Notes under the pieces: generated by a model | Seen by the model: the letters and a program-made list of their open reading frames with translations, nothing else | The model's database searches: none | What the model was told of the DNA's origin: nothing | Source: a virus | Taxonomy: Duplodnaviria; Caudoviricetes | IMG/VR virus record: IMGVR_UViG_3300043443_000324 | Span: 1 to 58,454 of that record | Strand: one strand, 5' to 3' | DNA: 58,454 bases | In this document: piece after piece, positions 52,745 to 58,454 of the stretch | Layout of the letters: every line of letters begins with the position of its first letter | Position numbering within the stretch: the first letter of the stretch is position 1 | Translations under genes and position numbers: made by a program

Positions 52745-54657
52745 TAGCGGCGGCCTTTCTTGAGGTACTGTTCGGGCTTCTTCGCGTTGTCGCTGAACTT
52801 GCCCTTGGAGAGCGCGCGGCCCTTGTGCTTGCGGATGTTGACGCGGAACTTGTCGAGCGCGTCAGCGCCCGCCTTGGTCGAGCCGTTGCCGAGCATGGCC
52901 ACGGTCTCCGCGTCGATGACGTACTCGCCGTCGGAGAGCATCGCCGGTATCTTGTCGTCGCGCCCGTCGCCGGGGCCGCCGACAGCGTAGCCGCCCTCGG
53001 CCATGTTTTCGAGGCCCTTAAACGGCACCTCGTAGCCGGTGTAGGCCGTGCTGGTGTTGCGCGGCCCGGCGGGGATGTTGCTGCGGAACGACTGCTCGGG
53101 GCCGTAGCCGTAGCGGTAATAGTCCTGCGTGCTGGCGAGGCCCTGACCGCCGAGGTCGGCAGCCGTGCGCGGCCCGGCACCGGCAGCGAGGCCGGGCATG
53201 CTAGGAGCCGGAAGCGGCTTGTTGAAAGTCGAGGAGCCAGTGCCGCCGAAGAGACCGGCGGGGATTGTGCCCTGCTTCGCGCCGGAACCACCGCCGCCAA
53301 ACAGGTCGCCGACAAGGCCGAGGCCAAGGCCGCCGAGGCGCAGGTAGTTGACGATGTCGTCGAGCGTGGTGTTCTTGTCATCGAGAGCCTTGTCGAAGTC
53401 CTTCTCCAAGGCCGTCGTGTCAGTCGCACCACCGGGCAGCAGCGACGGCAGCGCCCCCGCAACGCCAGCGCCGAGGTTCACAGGCGGTTGCTTGGGCGCG
53501 GCGGTAACCGTAAGGTCGCCGGGCGCGGCAGGAGCACCGCCGACATTGATAGGCAGCCGGGTCGTGCCGAGGTTGGGAGCAACCCCGCGATTGGCGGCGG
53601 TAACGAGGAGGTCACCGAGGCCGCCAGCCGCACCAGCGCCTGCGTTGCCCAGCGCGCCTCCCAGACCTTGAGCCGCCTCCTTGGCCGCCATGTCGGCTGC
53701 GATGCCGCTGACGTCTTTGCCGACGAGAGTGCCATCTGGCGTCTTCGGCCCCAGCAACTCACCGCCGAGGAACGACAGGCCACCAGCAGCAACGCCGCCG
53801 AGCAGCGCGTTCTTCAGGTTCTGGCCGGTGGCGAGGCCACCCGCCGTCGTGCCGAGGCCGGTGCCAAGAGCGGTCGCGGCATTAGCACCGAGGCCCGCTC
53901 CTTGGAGCGCAGGCCCCAGCAACTGGCCGCCCGCAGCCGACAGGCCGCCCATGACCGCGCCCTTGAGCGGGTCGCGCCCGGCGAGAGCGGCACCTGCGCC
54001 ACCCGCAAGCGCGGTGGTGGCGATGGGGCCGAGGAACTGCAGGCCGGGGATCAGGGCGGTGGCGATGGGCAGCGCCGTGCCGACAACCTTGCCGATCTTC
54101 GACAGCGTGCTCTTCGCCGGGTCATCATCAGCCACGCGGCTCCACTGGCCGGTGGCGGGGTCGAGCATCTCGACGCCCCAGTTGGCCTTCTTGCCCTTGG
54201 TGGCGGACAAGTCCTGCGCCATGGAGTAGACGTTCTTCAGGCCCTCTTCGCCCGCGCCCGTGTAGAGGACGCGGTCCTTGCCCTTCTCGTTGATGAAGCG
54301 ATACTGCGCGTTCGGGTCGAGCGGCACGAAACCGGTGGACGTCTCCGTTGCGCCCTTCTTGCCGATCTCTTTGGCCTTGATGCTGGCGGGGTTGCCCTTG
54401 TTCGTGACGAACTGCAGTCCCGACAGGCCGTCCATCTGCGCCAGTTGGACGCTCAGGGGGTCGAGGCCGCTCGTCGGCCGCGCGTACTGCGGCTTCGTCC
54501 CCTGCCACGCCGCCGGGCGGCTACCGAGGCCCACGGGCGCTACCGCAGGAACGTTGGTTGCCGCAGCCAGAGCCGTCGGCTCCTCGGAGTACGCGCGAGG
54601 TGCAATGCCGCTATAGAGGCTGTTTGTCATACCGGGAACGTAGAAAGCAACCATCAA
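52744..54657 (-). CDS. Internal virion protein with C-terminal AxGG...GPG.G..D.IPA.LS.GEYV module
   Basis: Gly/Ala hydrophobic mid-region; MAEGGYAVGGPGDGRDDKIPAMLSDGEYVIDAETV. Confidence 0.75.
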   Translation of the reverse strand: MMVAFYVPGMTNSLYSGIAPRAYSEEPTALAAATNVPAVAPVGLGSRPAAWQGTKPQYARPTSGLDPLSVQLAQMDGLSGLQFVTNKGNPASIKAKEIGKKGATETSTGFVPLDPNAQYRFINEKGKDRVLYTGAGEEGLKNVYSMAQDLSATKGKKANWGVEMLDPATGQWSRVADDDPAKSTLSKIGKVVGTALPIATALIPGLQFLGPIATTALAGGAGAALAGRDPLKGAVMGGLSAAGGQLLGPALQGAGLGANAATALGTGLGTTAGGLATGQNLKNALLGGVAAGGLSFLGGELLGPKTPDGTLVGKDVSGIAADMAAKEAAQGLGGALGNAGAGAAGGLGDLLVTAANRGVAPNLGTTRLPINVGGAPAAPGDLTVTAAPKQPPVNLGAGVAGALPSLLPGGATDTTALEKDFDKALDDKNTTLDDIVNYLRLGGLGLGLVGDLFGGGGSGAKQGTIPAGLFGGTGSSTFNKPLPAPSMPGLAAGAGPRTAADLGGQGLASTQDYYRYGYGPEQSFRSNIPAGPRNTSTAYTGYEVPFKGLENMAEGGYAVGGPGDGRDDKIPAMLSDGEYVIDAETVAMLGNGSTKAGADALDKFRVNIRKHKGRALSKGKFSDNAKKPEQYLKKGRR

Positions 54658-54899
54658 CCCGCACCTTCAAGCATCGGAAATACGCGAACGGCCCATTCGC
54701 GCCAGTCCGAAAACTGATAAGGATCAGGGAGGACGCGCTGCGCAAAGTCCGGCGCGCGTACAAGTCCTACCGCCCAGTCCTGCCACTGAGCCTCCGGGCC
54801 AGCTCGCCCGAATGCCCAGTTGTCATTGAGGTTCAATATAGCAGCATCCGCCCACTGCTGCCAAGTCATGGTTAGCGGATTTACCGCGCCGCGTGACAT
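54654..54899 (-). CDS. Small Trp-rich tail-module protein
   Basis: WQQWAD, WQDWA, PDPYQFSDWREWA. Confidence 0.7.
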   Translation of the reverse strand: MSRGAVNPLTMTWQQWADAAILNLNDNWAFGRAGPEAQWQDWAVGLVRAPDFAQRVLPDPYQFSDWREWAVRVFPMLEGAG

Positions 54900-56524
54900 T
54901 AGCCGAGGACCGTGCCGTCGCCGGGCTGGACGTGTGCCAGCACCAAGCCCATCTGGTAATCTCCGCCGATGCAGTTGCTCTCGAAGCGGAAGCGTAGTTC
55001 ACGCCGCTGCGTCTTGAAGAATACGACTTGCTCTTGCGGCGTCGAGGCGTCCTCGGGGATCGTCATGATGTCGCCGTTGACCTCCTGCGCGCGGGCGTTG
55101 GCGCGGCCACGCACCTGCACCGTCAGCGGCCCAGACTGCACGAAGTCCGGCTCGAGCAAGAGAACTTGCAGGGCGTTGTTCTTCTGCGACGTCACGGGCA
55201 GCGACAGGTCCGCCGTCTCGAAGTAGCTCTGCACTGGGTTCTCGTCGATGCCGTCGATCTCGTCGGTGCCGACCTCATGCACCCAGAACTTGTAGCGCGG
55301 CTCGCCGCTCTCCTCCGTGACGCGGTAGTCTACGCCGTCCTCGGTGACGCGGATGTCGCCGCCACTCTCAACGATGCGCGTGTCGTCGCCGAGCAGGTAC
55401 GGCTCGCTGCCTGCCATCAGCGGCTTGCGGAAGACCGCCGGGAAAACACCCGCGCTGCGCCCGTTATTGGGGAGCGCCGTGTCATACCACGTGTTTTCAC
55501 GGACATTGAGGATGATGGCGTGGTTCGGCTCGGTGCTGGTGCCCTTGGGGAAACACCACCAGATTTCACCGTAGCGCGGCACCTTCATCGCGAACACCTT
55601 CTGGCGGTAGGCCATGTTGATGTTGTCGAAGAAGAAGTTCTGGTTCATGTTGTTCTCGATCTCGCGAACAACGCCGTTGAACATCAGGAAGCGGTCGGTG
55701 CCGATCCAGTAGAAGATGCCGTCGTACTCAATGACGCAGGCCGCCGACATGATCGACGTCTGCGAGCTGATGGTGTCGAACTGAAACACCGCCGTGCTGC
55801 CGACGTAGCTGCCACGGATCAGGGCGTCCGCCGACCAGAACAGGCCCGAGGGGCTGTTGCCGGGACCGCCGCGCAGGGGCATGCCCCGGACGATCTTCTG
55901 CCCCGTCACGTAGGCGTTGCCCGCCCCGCTGCCCGTGAAGTCGTCCGGGGCGTTCGGCACGGACCACGCGACGTAGCCGTCATTGCCGAACGCGAATGTG
56001 TAGGGCGGCAGCGTGACGACGCCGCCCGTGCAACTGAAGTTCGCAGGCACGGCGGTGACGCGCGTCAGCACGCCCGTGCCGAGCAGGTCGCCGACGAACA
56101 GCTCGCCGCCCGTGCTGTTGCAGATGCAGTTGAGGTTCGGCGCGACCTGCGCGACGAGTTGGTTGCCGTTCGTGGTGTCGTAGGACACGTCGAACTGCCA
56201 CATGTTTGCGGCGCTGGCAGTGAAGCTGCTGGTCGGCGTGCGGTCGGTGATGACGCTCGTGTTGTACGTGCCGTCGATGTAGAAGCGCTCGACCTTGTTG
56301 GCAGAGCCGCCGTGGATGTACGTCAGGTTGTCCTGCGTGTACTCGAGGAGGGTGCGGACCTGCCCCTCAAGATACTTGTTGATAGAGCGGTAGCCGCCCA
56401 TCTTGCGCGGCAGGCCGCGCTGGAAGCGGCACCACTGACCGTCAACGTAGGCGTCGCCCTCAAACTTGGTGCCGTCCCGCTTGATACCGGGCTGCGACCT
56501 GATCTGGACAATGGTCTCGGCCAT
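54899..56524 (-). CDS. Tail nozzle / tail tubular protein B (P22 gp10-like stabilisation protein)
   Basis: PGIKRDGT, RFQRGLPRKMGG, YGEIWWCFP, NVRENTWY, EPDF; beta-propeller-like. Confidence 0.75.
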   Translation of the reverse strand: MAETIVQIRSQPGIKRDGTKFEGDAYVDGQWCRFQRGLPRKMGGYRSINKYLEGQVRTLLEYTQDNLTYIHGGSANKVERFYIDGTYNTSVITDRTPTSSFTASAANMWQFDVSYDTTNGNQLVAQVAPNLNCICNSTGGELFVGDLLGTGVLTRVTAVPANFSCTGGVVTLPPYTFAFGNDGYVAWSVPNAPDDFTGSGAGNAYVTGQKIVRGMPLRGGPGNSPSGLFWSADALIRGSYVGSTAVFQFDTISSQTSIMSAACVIEYDGIFYWIGTDRFLMFNGVVREIENNMNQNFFFDNINMAYRQKVFAMKVPRYGEIWWCFPKGTSTEPNHAIILNVRENTWYDTALPNNGRSAGVFPAVFRKPLMAGSEPYLLGDDTRIVESGGDIRVTEDGVDYRVTEESGEPRYKFWVHEVGTDEIDGIDENPVQSYFETADLSLPVTSQKNNALQVLLLEPDFVQSGPLTVQVRGRANARAQEVNGDIMTIPEDASTPQEQVVFFKTQRRELRFRFESNCIGGDYQMGLVLAHVQPGDGTVLG

Positions 56525-57411
56525 CAGAGGTCACCCGTATTAGTAGAGGGGAACGAGCGCGAGGTGCCGGGGTAGATGATGCGGACAGCGCCCTGCGCGC
56601 CAGCGCCGCCCGTGCCGGATGAATTGGTGGTATACCAACCCCCGCCGCCGCCGCCGCCATAGAGGCCCCCGGTAGGCTGCGTGCTTATGCCACCAGCGCT
56701 GCCACTAGCGCCTCCGCTCCCCCCACCTCCGGCGGTTGGGAACGCGCCACCACTGGCCCCCGCTGTGCCCGAGGTGCCCTCTCCGAGAAGGCCCACGCCG
56801 CCGCCCGATGCGCCGTTATATCCCGCAGTGAAAGGCGGCGTCCCGCTGGGCACATCAATGACGCTGGCGGCTCGGCCACCGCCACCACCACCGCCGCCAG
56901 AACCTGCGGTGGGGGAGGTATTGCCCCCCGCACCTCCGTTGCCAGAATACCCGCCCGCACCGCCGCCGCCGCCGGAGTCGTAGGTGCTCCCGTAAGCCCC
57001 TGTGACAGTAAGCGACGCGCCGCCTGCTCCACCGTCGCCGCCTCCGACACCGCCGCCGGTAGCGCTGACCGATGAAATGAGGGTAGTAGCGCCGCGCCGT
57101 ACTGCACTGGCACTGCCGCTGGAACCTTGCGAGGTTGACGAGGTCGCCGTGTTTGCGCCCGCGCCGCCAGCGCCTACGTCTACCGTAAGCGTCTCGCCGG
57201 GTGTGACGCTGATATTGTTGAGATACCGCAGACTACCACCGCTGCCACCGCCGCGCGCGCCGCCGTTACCGCCGCTAACGCAAACGACGGAGATCGAAGT
57301 CACGCCAGCGGGAACGACCCAGCTAGTGCTGCCAACGGTGGTGAATGCCTGCTGACCGACGGGGCCGCCTATGCCTCCCGACCCCGCCATGGCGCACATG
57401 ACGCCAGTCAT
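56524..57411 (-). CDS. Glycine-rich tail fibre / receptor-binding protein
   Basis: WVVPAGVTSISVVCVSGG, VTPGETLTVDVGAGG, GAQGAVRIIYPG..RSFPST. Confidence 0.75.
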   Translation of the reverse strand: MTGVMCAMAGSGGIGGPVGQQAFTTVGSTSWVVPAGVTSISVVCVSGGNGGARGGGSGGSLRYLNNISVTPGETLTVDVGAGGAGANTATSSTSQGSSGSASAVRRGATTLISSVSATGGGVGGGDGGAGGASLTVTGAYGSTYDSGGGGGAGGYSGNGGAGGNTSPTAGSGGGGGGGGRAASVIDVPSGTPPFTAGYNGASGGGVGLLGEGTSGTAGASGGAFPTAGGGGSGGASGSAGGISTQPTGGLYGGGGGGGWYTTNSSGTGGAGAQGAVRIIYPGTSRSFPSTNTGDL

Positions 57412-58454
57412 CAGCTTACGTTCCCGCTGACCACCCAAGTCGTCGAGGCGACCTTGACGCAGGTGGCGAGGCCGTAGGCCGCCAGTGTCCGAGAGCCGGT
57501 GTTAGTGCTGCCAGCCAGCCGCAGCGTGTCGGTGGTGATGGAGATCGTCTGGCTGGAGCCGCTGTTGTTGAACAGCACGATGGCGGTGCCCACCGGGAAA
57601 GCCACAGAGCCGTTGGCGGGGACGACGAAGCCGCCCGTCGTGTTGCTGACGTGCTTGCCAGCGTCGGCCAGCGCCAGCGTGTACGCGCCGGTCTGTGCGT
57701 TCTGCGGGAGACCCCGGAAGCCGAGGCTGTCTGCCGCGATGGTGCCGGTCGCCGTAATCGTGACGTCCTGATCCAGCGCCGTGATGTCGGTGTTCGCACC
57801 CGACGCGGCGGCGCTGATCGCCGAGCGGAACGTTGCCGCGTCAAGAGCGCTGACGGTGTTGTCGGCGTTCATGCGCAGGAACGTGATCGCGCCGGGGTTC
57901 GTCAGGGTGAAGATGTTCGCCCCGACGGTAGTCGCGCCGAGGTTAGACCGGGCGGTGGCGGCGTCGCTGGCACCCGTGCCGCCGTTGGCAACGGGCAGCG
58001 TGCCGCTGACGTCGGTCGTCAGGACGACCTTGCCCCACGCCGGGGCTACGCCGACGCCACCGGAGCGCAGTACGTTGCCGACCGCGACGTCTGACAGCTT
58101 GGCAAGCGTCGTGGCGCTGTTGGCGTACAGCAGGTCGCCGATGGTGTAGCTGGTGATGCCCGTGCCGCCGTCCGTGACGCCGACCGGCAGCGAGATGGTC
58201 GCCGTGTCGGCGTCGACCACGTTGGTGCCGTTGCAGTAGTAAATGCCGCGCGTGCCTTGGCCGACGCCGACAGGCGTGCCACCGCTGGTCTGCAGGTAGA
58301 AGTTGTAGGCCCCGGTCGTAGCGTTGTCGACCCAGTACTGCTGGACCGTCGCGGGGACGACAACGTACTGGTCGGCCGACAGCGTGCCGACGAACTTGTA
58401 GGCGATGCGGTTCAACTCGCTGCCCGTGAGCGTGTAGGTGCCGCCCGTGACGCT
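57411..58454 (-). CDS. 3' part of the junction-spanning tail/tail-fibre protein
   Basis: GGTG fibre repeats, YTLALADAGKH, VAFPVGT, WVVSGN C-domain; continues from 892..1. Confidence 0.85.
   Translation of the reverse strand, partial: SVTGGTYTLTGSELNRIAYKFVGTLSADQYVVVPATVQQYWVDNATTGAYNFYLQTSGGTPVGVGQGTRGIYYCNGTNVVDADTATISLPVGVTDGGTGITSYTIGDLLYANSATTLAKLSDVAVGNVLRSGGVGVAPAWGKVVLTTDVSGTLPVANGGTGASDAATARSNLGATTVGANIFTLTNPGAITFLRMNADNTVSALDAATFRSAISAAASGANTDITALDQDVTITATGTIAADSLGFRGLPQNAQTGAYTLALADAGKHVSNTTGGFVVPANGSVAFPVGTAIVLFNNSGSSQTISITTDTLRLAGSTNTGSRTLAAYGLATCVKVASTTWVVSGNVS

Noticed and set aside
58328-58454. 127-bp terminal repeat as a biological DTR
   Set aside because: Length equals a common assembler k-mer and it falls mid-gene; it indicates circular assembly only
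1-58454. tRNA, rRNA, introns or inteins
   Set aside because: None recognised by eye; core genes are of normal length. A tRNAscan/Infernal run would be needed to exclude them

Overview
This is a complete, circularly assembled genome of a GC-rich tailed phage, about 58.3 kb. Positions 1-127 equal 58328-58454, which is an assembly overlap. The host is probably alphaproteobacterial, judging by a GapR/DUF2312 gene and promoters that lack the -7 T. The virion is most likely podovirus-like, and no integrase is visible. The minus strand carries the late arm (about 24.8 kb down to 1, then 58.3 kb down to 44.9 kb). It holds terminase, portal, GroES, scaffold, capsid, an EndoVII-type homing nuclease, small basic proteins, tail fibres and chaperones, a lysis cassette, tail/nozzle and ejection proteins, and three probable virion-cargo proteins, two of them ART-like. 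The plus strand (25.0-44.9 kb) carries many small early genes and a replication module: primase-helicase, Cas4-like exonuclease, SSB, PolA, VRR-NUC and SNF2 helicase. Five features stand out. (1) Eight dispersed early promoter cassettes share the leader ATCAGCAAC...GGAG, and a hairpin upstream of the polymerase displays the antisense of that leader plus SD in its loop (candidate RNA switch or sRNA regulon). (2) The cargo proteins share an N-terminal 54-aa module and/or a C-terminal GGLA-basic tag. (3) Hidden coding: a likely -1 frameshift and two overprinted ORFs. (4) A 33x12-bp repeat varies only at adenine positions. (5) Two DfrB-fold genes, an RNAP alpha-CTD gene, and a DnaA-domain-IV gene with two perfect DnaA boxes. 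All family calls come from motif recognition by eye, not database searches.
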